IMG/VR virus record: IMGVR_UViG_3300025133_000039
DNA: 64,000 nt
Direction: 5' to 3' (one strand)
Source of the DNA: an uncultured virus (IMG/VR IMGVR_UViG_3300025133_000039)
Lineage: Duplodnaviria; Heunggongvirae; Uroviricota; Caudoviricetes
In this document: positions 36,901 to 46,638 of the stretch, piece by piece
How positions within the stretch are numbered: the stretch's first letter is position 1
Layout: each line of letters begins with the position of its first letter
Notes under the pieces: model-generated
Database searches by the model: none
What the model was told of the DNA's origin: nothing
Seen by the model: only the letters and a program-made list of their open reading frames with translations
Position numbers and translations under genes: made by a program

Positions 36901-37000
36901 TAGACGCGCGCTTCCAATCAACCAGGAAGCGACCGACGATTTGCTGAAACGCATCCAGATCTGGAACATATCTGTTTGTGCGTACGCTATTAAGACCCAT
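33998..37000 (-). CDS. putative virion structural protein (1000 aa)
   Basis: Helical N-terminus then beta domains (LLDGNPDTWFEY discoidin-like; repeated Y.(L/V)D...G.L segments). Confidence 0.55.
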   Translation of the reverse strand: MGLNSVRTNRYVPDLDAFQQIVGRFLVDWKRASTLEQRLSVESRAITYFQELIDFTYDLEKVSVFEHPNVRDFDLAAAQSRDLLLLNLERLRSISRLYIKYFNNEKLALLELIGSLRRARQKRATLSLWNQATDKHVISENFLNFNHLDYDFIQEGQLTVDTAQGLATLPVKVSSNLGVGRIRVGSKSRGVAGNSDLDIQTDNSDPAFLLDGNPDTWFEYERLDTGPCELQLTCELNSPEIVNQISIEPVNLGSGLTFEIQDIVFTDDKVSTGIRDLLPTRLPDDFFTVKPVGRDTHWATSFLPVKCRTISISFKQASSYTVRIDTVDERIANRQRFAVALRSIEFRKNEYEDIGGINSREVKIPGALYAAESIIDIVPASSPLYAAKFDVSSDGGETWTENVCAGTALGVGENCTGTTLLDGESESFLWRLHVERKPKAFSDASSFTDSTAPVELNFFRSGVSKAFSPVRFQLPERPQNKSAVVYQPGVARFSDKLSEAVLLARARTAGAMNVALPFDLQDDGLDFETMHVLLNRQELVFNPDNASLAAGEYGFDSTLTELELVGVPDRSRIEVIFDEEVMLLQEQSDGFYHGIPHNFDPEKENIRISYLPATASRRSRLLPMDRATIDLGHRSIVESSFEIVADSVAFVSVASRNLVTADTDYYLDPVRGILYLNNPLGQILGSADSARTTFLNSQIQELSNDQFSVVVRDMVPWGVRINRDAVAFTTVSDNLNAGPQARLSVLDQTEATRPDIMSANPRAMTLSYDHVVIGSLAVPQNLIDTAAPGYPVEMPFMDGNSEFLGLTPMNNESTFEITADSTGVVSFALAAREGVYSPLGVTFSDTSVFSTLVSTPSGIGQYSLDLQNGLVSVYVGPLGTLAAGIEILYYYKDPLHDSSNRYSVDYENGILYASEDLNSVESPEVTYKATNYKIAFDLVRKVDKYEYDSESNTVSLRTEGLSDVNALVKTFWAKPQTNKRIAGLERYFSPILLSVGFRFQ

Positions 37001-39131
37001 GCTCTTGGACTTTCAGGGAGTACTGCCTGACGATAAAAGTCAGGTAGTGATTCGTGGTGTTGGGGCGACTGACTAGCACTGTCTGGAACGTACCCTGCGA
37101 GTCTCGCAGCTGCTTAGAAAAGGTTACTCGCCCATTCTTTAGTCGCACTGTCCCCGACCTGTTCAGTTTCTGGTTTCGCTGAATCCTGTACTTAATCCAG
37201 TAGAACTCGTCAGACTTACGGTCTGTGAACCGGATGTAGAATCTTCCCGCCTCTGCGCGGCGACGAAGCTCTTCCCAGTTAGTGATTGTATCAAATGACG
37301 AGTGGTAAGTGGTACCGCCATCAATACTAAACTGGTAATCAGTTCCAAGATTAAGCGCTGTATCCTGCCCAACAAAAACATCAAACGCTGGAACCTGGTC
37401 ACCAGGCCTAACTACGTAAGCTGTACTATCCGTAAGGTCTGGAGCAGGGTTCGCGGGCCACCAGTCAAGACTTGGCCCTGCTAGTACATAGAATGAAAAA
37501 TCATCATTAACAAGATGTACGGTAATAGGAGCGAGTGGTAACCCGATACTCATAGGACCTCTAAAAGTGAAGGTCTCACCGGCCATCAAGCCGTGAGGCT
37601 CAACGGTAGTAATCAAGTTCCCATGAACAGCATCAATAATAAGGTCCCCACTAATGGAAGCAATCTTGTTCTTGACTTCGTTCCACTTTAGGTCTGGGAA
37701 TAGCTTCACTCTGGCATCTGTTCCGCTTGGATCAAGGAACTCAGATTGAGTCGGGTAAGAGTCTGGTAGAGGAATGAGGTCGTCAAGGGTTCGGTTGCCG
37801 TCGTTGTCGAAGAGGCGCGCACCCACATAAAGCTCTTGGAGCACCTGCCCCTCAGGAAGAATAATCTCATCTCGATACGCATCAATACGATCAACCGGGA
37901 CAATCGCCTCTACAAGCTTGCGAGCATCAACACCGATAGGAGACTTCACCTGAACTGGGAAGCTTCTGAAGATTCCCTTGTCCTCGTAGAGCACTGAGCC
38001 TACAGACAAACTCTTCATAGAGAAGTCGAAAACTCGACCAGTTACTTCTACCGAGTCATCAGCGAACTTGCTTAGGAAGCCGGCACCAGACAAAAGCTTA
38101 TTAAGCGCTCGGGCTCTCTCGTCACCTACGACAACTGTGGTCGAGGTAACAGGAGCGAACTGCTCGAAGGTAAGCACGAGATAGCGAGTCTGAATTGGCT
38201 GGAAGAGAAGTGTCAACGCTGTCGGAGACGGAATGGAAACCGTGGACAAACCAACGGTTTCCCCAGCTTCATTCACATAAGATAGTGACTGAAGGGAGAG
38301 CGTGGAGTTTCCACCCGGCTCAATCTCTAGATAGTTCAAGAGAATGTTATTCGGCAACTCAAGCTGCAGGGTCAGAGTAGACCTCGCACTATAAGGATAC
38401 TGATCGGAAGAAGTCTTCTGCTTATATACCCTTGAGGTAGCGTCGTAACCTTTCCTTACAACCACATGTCTGAACACTTTGTTCTTGAGGAACACATTCC
38501 GTGGAGACGTAGTAACCATCGGGGTTAACGTGTCTCCAACATCGGTTGATTCCTGCAGCAAAATCGCATCGATAATTGGAATATCCTGCCTGTTTCTAAC
38601 CGGCAAAGTAATTCCTGCGTTGGGTAGCGTAGATAGGAGGAAACGCTCCGGGTATGAGAAAGAAGTTTTGAAATCCTCAATCCAGTCTGTATCACTAAAC
38701 TGAATCTGGTCATCAATACTGCGAGCCATACGGTTAAGGTGAACTTTATCGTAGTGCTCGATCAACTTAATTTCTTCCTCGCCCACTTCTGAGTCTAGAG
38801 CAAGCACTTCACCCTCGATATCCGATACAGCCGAGAAGATATCTTTCGTGTTTAGAGACACTAATTCGCTCAACTGGGTTGCGTGTCCGTTGACTACTCC
38901 GACGAAATACTTCGAATCTCTCCAGAACTGAGAGTAAGCATTGGAGTTAATCAAGCGCCCGCCCTGGACAGGAGGAGCTGAAAGCACGTCTCCAATCGTA
39001 CGCATAAAGCTTACGGCTAGATCGTCACGCTCCCGGCCCGATGTGTCGATATGATCGATATCGTCAACACGACGCTTCGCGGCGGCGAGCAGCGTTCCTG
39101 CACTCGAAACACGATCCTTAAAGCGGCCCAT
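36990..39131 (-). CDS. putative virion structural protein (713 aa)
   Basis: Same helical-then-beta architecture as its neighbours. Confidence 0.55.
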   Translation of the reverse strand: MGRFKDRVSSAGTLLAAAKRRVDDIDHIDTSGRERDDLAVSFMRTIGDVLSAPPVQGGRLINSNAYSQFWRDSKYFVGVVNGHATQLSELVSLNTKDIFSAVSDIEGEVLALDSEVGEEEIKLIEHYDKVHLNRMARSIDDQIQFSDTDWIEDFKTSFSYPERFLLSTLPNAGITLPVRNRQDIPIIDAILLQESTDVGDTLTPMVTTSPRNVFLKNKVFRHVVVRKGYDATSRVYKQKTSSDQYPYSARSTLTLQLELPNNILLNYLEIEPGGNSTLSLQSLSYVNEAGETVGLSTVSIPSPTALTLLFQPIQTRYLVLTFEQFAPVTSTTVVVGDERARALNKLLSGAGFLSKFADDSVEVTGRVFDFSMKSLSVGSVLYEDKGIFRSFPVQVKSPIGVDARKLVEAIVPVDRIDAYRDEIILPEGQVLQELYVGARLFDNDGNRTLDDLIPLPDSYPTQSEFLDPSGTDARVKLFPDLKWNEVKNKIASISGDLIIDAVHGNLITTVEPHGLMAGETFTFRGPMSIGLPLAPITVHLVNDDFSFYVLAGPSLDWWPANPAPDLTDSTAYVVRPGDQVPAFDVFVGQDTALNLGTDYQFSIDGGTTYHSSFDTITNWEELRRRAEAGRFYIRFTDRKSDEFYWIKYRIQRNQKLNRSGTVRLKNGRVTFSKQLRDSQGTFQTVLVSRPNTTNHYLTFIVRQYSLKVQEHGS

Positions 39132-39134
39132 TGG

Positions 39135-39569
39135 TTACTCCAGAACTAGAGTGACGTATAGTCGTCTACTCACCACACTGGGTGGAGTCTCTAACGTAAC
39201 AGTGAATTCTTTAGTTTCCCCGGATGCCAAATCCGGGAAACTGATTCGATTTTGAAAAGATGAGCCCGCACTCTTTGTCACGTAAGTTGTATCAAGGCCC
39301 ACGGTAATCTTCAAACCGCCAGAAGGCGTTACGCCTGTAACAGTATCTTCGCCCCAGGACTGCAGCTCTAGATAGTCAGTCTCCGGTGCATAATCAGCTG
39401 GGTTGTCCACGTCGCCCACGTTGGACGCTGGGGAGATATAGAACCCCAAGTTTTCGGCAGTACTATCTTCAAGATTAACGACCTTGAAAACGACAGGAGT
39501 ATTGTCTACCAGGTATGGATCAAGGATCTTTGTAGTGTCTACAAGGAATCTTAGTGTGCGTGCAGGCAT
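39135..39569 (-). CDS. putative structural protein (Ig-like composition)
   Basis: 144-aa beta-rich ORF, translationally coupled. Confidence 0.5.
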   Translation of the reverse strand: MPARTLRFLVDTTKILDPYLVDNTPVVFKVVNLEDSTAENLGFYISPASNVGDVDNPADYAPETDYLELQSWGEDTVTGVTPSGGLKITVGLDTTYVTKSAGSSFQNRISFPDLASGETKEFTVTLETPPSVVSRRLYVTLVLE

Positions 39570-41668
39570 TACGGAACCTTTACAGTGAGGATTGGGCTAA
39601 AGGGGTACTCGTTATCAGTGTCAGCTAGGCGGATACCGTACTCGTACACGGCTCCAGACTCTACAGAACTATCAATAAAGTGCATCCCTGGCTCCGGCGT
39701 TGAAGGCGCCGTAATTGTCGAAATGAAAACCCACTCACCGGAGGGGTTGTCTCTTCGATATAGGTTGTAGATCAGGTCCGGCCCTTCCCAAGTAGTCGCC
39801 AAGCGTACCTGAGAGCTGGTCGCCTGAGAGAGTGCAATCAGAACTCTCGGGTAGTCAAACCTTACCAGACCATAGGAGGCAGAAGGAAGGTAAGTGCGAA
39901 GTAGTTCCTTTGCCCTTTCCGGGCTCAGGTCTCCACCGTACTCTTCTAGGAGTGTAATCGGTGCGTGGATAACCATCGCAGCGTTACGCGGAACTTCTTG
40001 TCCGTCTGGGCCGTAACCTAGCTGAGACTGAAGAATTCGAGGGTTGGCGGCAATCGCAGCTTCGAAAGAAGCTTCGGTGATTGCTTCACCAGGCCTTCTC
40101 ACATCAATAATCTCTGAGTCCTCAATTACGGCGGTATCTAGAACTAACACTTCTGAAAGCACGTAGTAGGCATTCCCATTGTCCTGTCCTGCAGCATAGT
40201 TTGTAAACCACGTGTCAGAGGAGAACATTGAACGATACTGGGTTCCAATTACCGTATCGGGGTTAATGGAACCATCAGCATTAAATAATCTGAAGTTGGG
40301 GTAGGTGCGACCAAGCTCCTGCGAAGCGAATCGAATCACGCCGTCCTTGTCAACCCCTAGAACGTGCAGGCCTCTGTCCTCAACATCAACATTCGGAACA
40401 ATGTAGTAGACCCACATCCAATCCAAAGCGTCCTTATTGTAGAGCGGATTCAGGTTAACAAACTTATCTTCTAGATCATTGGCCTCATAGAAGTATCTAG
40501 CGATGAAGGTGGAGTTCGGGTCCAACTCCAACCCTAACGCTACGGTTCCAGTGGAATTATCCCACGATTGAATGTAGTTCGCCTCATAGAAGATGTTAGT
40601 TTCTCCCACTCGCTCGCCATCTAGGCTCGGGTCCGTAGTAAGGGCCGCCGTAAGAACGTCGTTGGCATCATAGATCAGCAGGGTGAAATGCATCGTCCTG
40701 CCTGGCTGAATTCTGATGTTCTCACGAGTAGAAGTAATTACGTTCTCGTTTACCCACAGGAACTTGCCGTAAGTCGAATAAACGAAGGGCTTGAACGGGG
40801 AGAAGGGCTGGCGGTTAAATTCTGGCAGCCGGTAATTTCTAAATGAACCATTCACATGTGTTGAGAAATTACCATTAGACACTCTTAAGTACCACGGATC
40901 CTGAGGGCCTCGCCCTGCCGGAAGTAGCGGCTTGATAACCGATGCTTCGAGCGGTCGAATGAACCAGGGTCCACTAGTGTTGAAAGAGTAGGTGAATCCA
41001 GTTGCTGTCTCCTCTACTGAATATACCGGGTAATCAGTAGTTAGAAGTCCTGTATCCAGGTCGATGTCAGTGTAGTCGGCCACCTTTGCAGCAGGAACCG
41101 AGTTGAGCAACTGGTGGAATGTGTTTCCAACCTTGTCCGAGCCCACCACAAAGTACAAGCGGTACGCCCCTGTATCAGGGTTGTAGTGATTTCTGTAGTT
41201 CGTCCACACCGTTCCTGCTACCAGGTCCTCCTGGTAGCCAGACTCAGTCTCAATCTTCTCTCCATCCTCAATTACGATGAGGCGCAAGTCAGAAAGATTG
41301 TCGAATCCCGTATCATGCCTAAAGAAGAGGGGCTTCTTGGCCCCTCGTTCATCGATACCTAGCCGATCAGTAACTGCTAGGGTCTTGTAGGCTGATGTAA
41401 AACTAGCTCCAGCCGTCTCAATCCAGCCATGCTCCCGAGTCAAAGTGGACAGAGTATTAGCCGGAACCACATAGGTTCGGTCAATATTCTGGACATTTCG
41501 CCAAGAATCTAGCGGCTCAGACTCGAAGTAAGCAATGGGAACTGAAGACGCAGCTACATCCTTCGCATAGATAACACGCTCAACGTACTTGTGCACGTGA
41601 GAGGAAACCGGGTATGCGTCTTCTTGCTCTGGTCCGTGAGCAATGAGTTCGAGAATAAGCTCGGACAT
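39569..41668 (-). CDS. putative virion structural protein (699 aa) with a C-terminal FN3-like segment
   Basis: C-terminal LATTW....YNLYRR...W....FIDSSVESGAVYEYGIR. Confidence 0.55.
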   Translation of the reverse strand: MSELILELIAHGPEQEDAYPVSSHVHKYVERVIYAKDVAASSVPIAYFESEPLDSWRNVQNIDRTYVVPANTLSTLTREHGWIETAGASFTSAYKTLAVTDRLGIDERGAKKPLFFRHDTGFDNLSDLRLIVIEDGEKIETESGYQEDLVAGTVWTNYRNHYNPDTGAYRLYFVVGSDKVGNTFHQLLNSVPAAKVADYTDIDLDTGLLTTDYPVYSVEETATGFTYSFNTSGPWFIRPLEASVIKPLLPAGRGPQDPWYLRVSNGNFSTHVNGSFRNYRLPEFNRQPFSPFKPFVYSTYGKFLWVNENVITSTRENIRIQPGRTMHFTLLIYDANDVLTAALTTDPSLDGERVGETNIFYEANYIQSWDNSTGTVALGLELDPNSTFIARYFYEANDLEDKFVNLNPLYNKDALDWMWVYYIVPNVDVEDRGLHVLGVDKDGVIRFASQELGRTYPNFRLFNADGSINPDTVIGTQYRSMFSSDTWFTNYAAGQDNGNAYYVLSEVLVLDTAVIEDSEIIDVRRPGEAITEASFEAAIAANPRILQSQLGYGPDGQEVPRNAAMVIHAPITLLEEYGGDLSPERAKELLRTYLPSASYGLVRFDYPRVLIALSQATSSQVRLATTWEGPDLIYNLYRRDNPSGEWVFISTITAPSTPEPGMHFIDSSVESGAVYEYGIRLADTDNEYPFSPILTVKVP

Positions 41669-41674
41669 GTCACC

Positions 41675-44101
41675 TTACTTCTTGCCAATGGCACATAGGA
41701 CTCTTTCGCAACCGTCGCCCTGGCTGTCCTGCCATGCAGTACCGATTGCTGCCCTGTATTCACTAAAGGATACACTATTAGGGTCCACTGCTACGCAGTG
41801 ATTTTCCAAAGGCACCAAGTAATCTCCGTCCTTGACTGGACCCACAGTAATAACTGGAACCTGGCCAACGAAGGATACGACCTCTCCGGGCACGCTAGTA
41901 TCCTGGTCATTGCCTACGAGGATTGCTCGACAAGTAATAACCATCGGACTACCGCCCTCGCTCTTCCAGATCTTTCCATCCCGAACGTAGACAATCATAC
42001 CTTCTGGAAGACCAAAGCGGCCATGCTCTTCGCTGTAGGCGACGACTTCCTCAGCGTTAGCATCTGTCCATTCGCCTACGTCACCAATCGGTAGCCACTC
42101 GCCAAAGTCGCTATTGCCAGAAATAAACTGTGCATCACCGGCTGCTCCACCGAGTGGCCAGAGCCCAGCGAAAGCAGGACCGTATGTTGAAATACCGTCC
42201 CACTGCAGGAAGCCCGCAACAGCACTAGCTGGCGCTCCAGAAACTCGCCCACGCCGAGCGCTGCCACTTGAGTAGAAGTTAATCCAGGAGTTACTAGTGC
42301 CTGGACTCGCGATACCATCAAACTCTAATGCAAGGACATCGGCGGTCGCTCCAGCCGACCTGGTGCGCACGATGCACGCGATAGTTCTATCGAACTCCAT
42401 AACGACGCCACTACCGCCAGGGTTTACAGACCCTGCAGATGTGCCACCGAACATCTTAATGACGCGACCTGCTGCAATACTCTGGAAGATGTCATTGCCA
42501 GAGTTAAGCTCGATATCATTTGCAGCAGAAATCTCTGCGTTGCCGGTAAAAGCTGTAGCTGTAAAATCTACACCTGCAACGATATCAACGTCGCCAGAAG
42601 CGGTTGCATCAATGTTTCCAGAAGTTGCATCGATGTCCACGTCGCCAGAAGTTGCAGTTAGATCAACCTCTCCAGCAGTAACGTCGAAAAAGAGCTGTCC
42701 ATCTACTTCAACTCCTCCGCCCCCCAGTGGCTGGGCGGAAATTTTGAGGTCCTGCCCTACGTTCTTGATATATGAACCAAAGCCTGGGACACCGAAATAA
42801 ATGCCGAAGGTAGATACACCAAAGTCCAAGTAACTACCAGGAGACCCGCTCTCCTTACCCATGACGATATCGCCACGCATGACGTTCTCGTCATTAATGG
42901 TGCCGTCAACACCCGACCTGTATCCGTCTCTATGTAAATACTGAGGAAGGAAGTTCGAAGGATTCTGAGACTTCGTGAAAGCGCCGGAGGCCCCAGCATA
43001 GCTCTGTCCGCCAATCAAGTCCTCAAATAGGATCTGATGCTCACCAAAGGCGCCGCTATGATTGTGATTCATAGCTTTTCGACGAAGATCGTCAATGGAT
43101 GTAGTTACATCCGTACCGACGGTAATGATCGAAAACTCTTGTGCGTTGTAATCGGCGGGCTGACCGAGATCGATGCTTCGAGCAATGATCGTATCTGCGT
43201 CACTGTACTCATAAATGGCGTCTCTGTAGACCTCTCTAGTAGTGTTATTTCGCAGGAAGAGGAACCCCTCAGGGATTACGTCCCCTGGGCTGAGGCTGTC
43301 AGTGAGCACTGTAGGTAGCTCAAGCTGCTTGTCAAAGTTAGGATCGTCTGCTGCACTTAGCGCTGAACTAGAAGAGTCTTCGTTTGCCTGCTGGTGAGTA
43401 ACTAGAGGGAGCTGGATTGTGTAAGAGCCATCTGCTGCTGGGCCACTGATTCCAATCTGCTCACTTGAGAGTGAGGCGATCTGGTTCGGGTCAGGAATTA
43501 CGTTGAAGCGAGCGCCCTGGTAGTTGCCTCCACCATTCCAAAGACTTGGATTCGTGTTGTAGCTAGCTGTAGTTCCACCGATAGTCTCCGAGACGCACCA
43601 AACCGTACGACCGGAAATGTAGTAATCTCCGGCTGTATCGAGATCTGCAACGCTCGCTCTCAATGTGGAAAGTACCCCGCCATCGCCAGCGAAAGTGACA
43701 GCTCCATCAGGCGGATATAGGAGGGTAAACTGATGTACTCCAGAATCAATAGACTCTCCAGTGATCGGAGAGTCGCCCTCTAGCCACTGAGGGTTGAGGT
43801 TTGCAGCTGGGCCGATCAGCCTCGCAAGGTTCACCGCGATTGCAGGACGACCAAGCTGATTTGGTAGGTCTGCAACGCCAGCGTTGGCACCAGGTGTACG
43901 CCCCCATGGAATGTTCAGGTACGAGTTTGTAACCGAACTGTACGGATACGACTCTCCCCAAATATCACCTACGGCCTCCTCTAGAAGAGAGAGGCCTAAT
44001 TTAACCTGGGCACCAATAGCGGAGAATTTAATCGCTGAGGGCTGCTCGCCATCGTTGAAATCCGGGACTACTGAGACACCCGACTTAAGCTTGTCAGACA
44101 T
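41675..44101 (-). CDS. tail fibre/spike protein with beta-helix repeats and a C-terminal autoproteolytic chaperone-like domain
   Basis: Repeats GEVDLTATSGDVDIDATSGNIDATASGDVDI; C-terminal SDFGEWLP...VSFVGQVPV...GDYLVP. Confidence 0.6.
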   Translation of the reverse strand: MSDKLKSGVSVVPDFNDGEQPSAIKFSAIGAQVKLGLSLLEEAVGDIWGESYPYSSVTNSYLNIPWGRTPGANAGVADLPNQLGRPAIAVNLARLIGPAANLNPQWLEGDSPITGESIDSGVHQFTLLYPPDGAVTFAGDGGVLSTLRASVADLDTAGDYYISGRTVWCVSETIGGTTASYNTNPSLWNGGGNYQGARFNVIPDPNQIASLSSEQIGISGPAADGSYTIQLPLVTHQQANEDSSSSALSAADDPNFDKQLELPTVLTDSLSPGDVIPEGFLFLRNNTTREVYRDAIYEYSDADTIIARSIDLGQPADYNAQEFSIITVGTDVTTSIDDLRRKAMNHNHSGAFGEHQILFEDLIGGQSYAGASGAFTKSQNPSNFLPQYLHRDGYRSGVDGTINDENVMRGDIVMGKESGSPGSYLDFGVSTFGIYFGVPGFGSYIKNVGQDLKISAQPLGGGGVEVDGQLFFDVTAGEVDLTATSGDVDIDATSGNIDATASGDVDIVAGVDFTATAFTGNAEISAANDIELNSGNDIFQSIAAGRVIKMFGGTSAGSVNPGGSGVVMEFDRTIACIVRTRSAGATADVLALEFDGIASPGTSNSWINFYSSGSARRGRVSGAPASAVAGFLQWDGISTYGPAFAGLWPLGGAAGDAQFISGNSDFGEWLPIGDVGEWTDANAEEVVAYSEEHGRFGLPEGMIVYVRDGKIWKSEGGSPMVITCRAILVGNDQDTSVPGEVVSFVGQVPVITVGPVKDGDYLVPLENHCVAVDPNSVSFSEYRAAIGTAWQDSQGDGCERVLCAIGKK

Positions 44102-46635
44102 TAGCTAGCTTCCAAATGTAGGCCAAAGGCGTGGATACCCTCAGCTTGCGGGTTGATTGTCAGGAAGTTCGCTCCACCAATTCCTGCACCAACGTTTGAT
44201 TCATCAGTTACAAATGTGAATCCTTGAGGAATAGGTAGAACGCCCGTTCTATCGACTCCATCCAGGTACGGAGGCAGGTCCAATCTTAACCGAAGCTTAT
44301 TACTTACTACAACTCGACCCGAGACTGGGTCTGTGCCGTAAGCTTGGAACTCTGCGATGTCCGAGGTTACCACAACGTAACCACCAAGGTTGGATTCTTC
44401 ATCGTAGGGAGCTGGAGTAGGAAGCTCTCTACTTTCAAAAGTAATCGTAGTAGTAGTTACGCTATCAGGGCGCAATGGGTAGAAAGCGCCGAGGTCACCA
44501 GTTACTGGGTGCTGAACATCAGTCCGATACTCGTAGAGTACAACTCTGACTCCATCTAAGAATGCAGGGTCCCACTCCTCTGCCTGCTCCTCTAGAAGCT
44601 GAACATAGTCAACAGTCGAGGTATCAAAGCTCGGAATCGTAGAAGAGAACCCTAGTGTGTAACCAGTGATAGACTTGTCTAGCGAGTCCCGCTCCTCAAA
44701 GATGTCGTCGATAGTACGACGGTACTTAATACCGTCGGCCATCTGAATAATAGCAAGCCCACCCTTGAATCGATCCACATGGTCATGGATTACAACGGAG
44801 GGAACCGTCACTTCCGCCTGGCTACGAGGGCTGCCATCTGGCCAAGTCACAAGGTTTACACCCACTGTTCCTGTAGTCGGAATCAAGAGGCCTTGGCTAC
44901 CAAGAATGCGGTCGTGCTTAAGCACCTGATACACAGTAATGGTGTCAGGGTCTAGTAGAGGGGGCATAGCCTCGGTAACCATTGTCGTCTGCCCGCCAGC
45001 CGCACTAAAGGAAAGCACATCCTTCGCAATCTCATCCCAGCTATAGGGTGAGTTATAGAAGGCGCACATCTCTCCTCTAGGGTTTGTTGTCTGGGTAAAG
45101 CTATTTGCAAACCCGTTCAGATTTCCACCACCAGAGAGCTTTTCTATAGTGACATCGATCCCCTTGATCGGATTATCTGCAGAATCATAGGCTGTTGCTG
45201 TTAGCTTCGCCGTGTCAGTGCCAAAGTAAATAGGGCCAAAGATGTTGCCGCCGATAGGGTCTCTGTCCACAGTCAATTCAATACGAGCAAGATTAGGCTC
45301 CACTGGAGAGATCTGAATGACCTTATTCGTGTCAACGTTGCTCAGAGGCTTGACGTCTAGCGGCGAGTTCTCGTTAGCAGTACGCTCGTCGTATTCTGTA
45401 ACCTCGTACTGGATTCGCGGCACAGCTGTATAGCCAATGAAGATTCTATTAGTCCCGGCAATACCTGCTCCGTGCTGCTGGTCGCTAACCGCAGTGAAAG
45501 CCGGGTGGCCTTGAGCCGGAGTCCCCTCGACACCACGAAGACAGTTGAGGAATGTCAGTCGGCCCTTACCCGTGTACAGAATCTTCTCCGAACCGATTCG
45601 TATAATTCCTTGTTCTGGATACGCGGCGAAGACATCAAAATCTGCTATACATTCGATCTCATCTTCAAAGTCCTCAATATCCGCAGCCAGGTGAACGTCG
45701 GGAGCCTGGTAGCCGCCAGTCGTAATAATGCCTAGGTCATGGTCTACTGTGTAAACTGCGTCGAGCGGGGAGGAGAAATCCAGGCTGTCTACCTCTAGAA
45801 GCTCAGCGATTTTTCCAGAATCACTCACTACGTATAGCGAAACGCTGCCTTCGAGCAGCGGGAAGAACTTCGTAAATACATCGCGACCAGAGGGGTTGCC
45901 TCGGTCCTGCGCTTCAAATACGCCGTCTAGAATTTCCTCAGTTACTACTGTCTCTATATCCTTGTCACCAACCTTTACAATGTGGCGAGAGTCAACGAGA
46001 AGGTCACCATCCCTAATAATGTACTCTCTGTGTCGAACAGAAATGTTGTCAGTGAGGATTGAACCAGAGAGATCTTCTGTTGAAAGCCTCTCGGTTCCTG
46101 AAAGATCCCCAGTAAACTGGGCGGCGTAATCAAAGGCATAGTGCGGACGACGCAAAAAGTCGTCGCCCCTCGTAAAGAGGGCGACTTGAATCGTGTCTTG
46201 TACAGCGTCGTCTCTAAGGGTATGAGTGAACAGGCCTTCGGCTTCGGTCTCGAACTTACTGGTAAAGCTGAAGTCGGAGAACAAGTGGGTCGGTACGGAG
46301 TGAACTGAGTACTTCCCGGCTCTGAGAACCGGCGTCCAGGTCATAGAGTCATTCTTTCGAAGGCTCCTGATGCGAACTAGCTCTGTATGAAGGATGCTGC
46401 CGGACTGCCAAAAGCTTCGCTTAGTTCCATCTCTCAAGCCGGCCGCATGCTCACCGATAAATGTGTTGTGGTATGTAGCCAGTTGGTCACGGTCTTCGAA
46501 TAGGCGCTTATCCCAAATCCACCCGTCAACACTGAAATCCTCTGAGAAGATTCCAGTTGCTACGCCGCCATCATTCAGGGAAGTGACCGTAGAGCTAAGA
46601 GGAACCGTAAGCTCTCCATAGGTAGCCTCTATCAT
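44101..46635 (-). CDS. putative virion/baseplate protein with an Ig-like (Big-1) domain
   Basis: Segment LTATAYDSADNPIKGIDVT...TTNPRGE; also IRIGSEKILY...RGVEGT. Confidence 0.55.
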   Translation of the reverse strand: MIEATYGELTVPLSSTVTSLNDGGVATGIFSEDFSVDGWIWDKRLFEDRDQLATYHNTFIGEHAAGLRDGTKRSFWQSGSILHTELVRIRSLRKNDSMTWTPVLRAGKYSVHSVPTHLFSDFSFTSKFETEAEGLFTHTLRDDAVQDTIQVALFTRGDDFLRRPHYAFDYAAQFTGDLSGTERLSTEDLSGSILTDNISVRHREYIIRDGDLLVDSRHIVKVGDKDIETVVTEEILDGVFEAQDRGNPSGRDVFTKFFPLLEGSVSLYVVSDSGKIAELLEVDSLDFSSPLDAVYTVDHDLGIITTGGYQAPDVHLAADIEDFEDEIECIADFDVFAAYPEQGIIRIGSEKILYTGKGRLTFLNCLRGVEGTPAQGHPAFTAVSDQQHGAGIAGTNRIFIGYTAVPRIQYEVTEYDERTANENSPLDVKPLSNVDTNKVIQISPVEPNLARIELTVDRDPIGGNIFGPIYFGTDTAKLTATAYDSADNPIKGIDVTIEKLSGGGNLNGFANSFTQTTNPRGEMCAFYNSPYSWDEIAKDVLSFSAAGGQTTMVTEAMPPLLDPDTITVYQVLKHDRILGSQGLLIPTTGTVGVNLVTWPDGSPRSQAEVTVPSVVIHDHVDRFKGGLAIIQMADGIKYRRTIDDIFEERDSLDKSITGYTLGFSSTIPSFDTSTVDYVQLLEEQAEEWDPAFLDGVRVVLYEYRTDVQHPVTGDLGAFYPLRPDSVTTTTITFESRELPTPAPYDEESNLGGYVVVTSDIAEFQAYGTDPVSGRVVVSNKLRLRLDLPPYLDGVDRTGVLPIPQGFTFVTDESNVGAGIGGANFLTINPQAEGIHAFGLHLEAS

Positions 46636-46638
46636 ATC

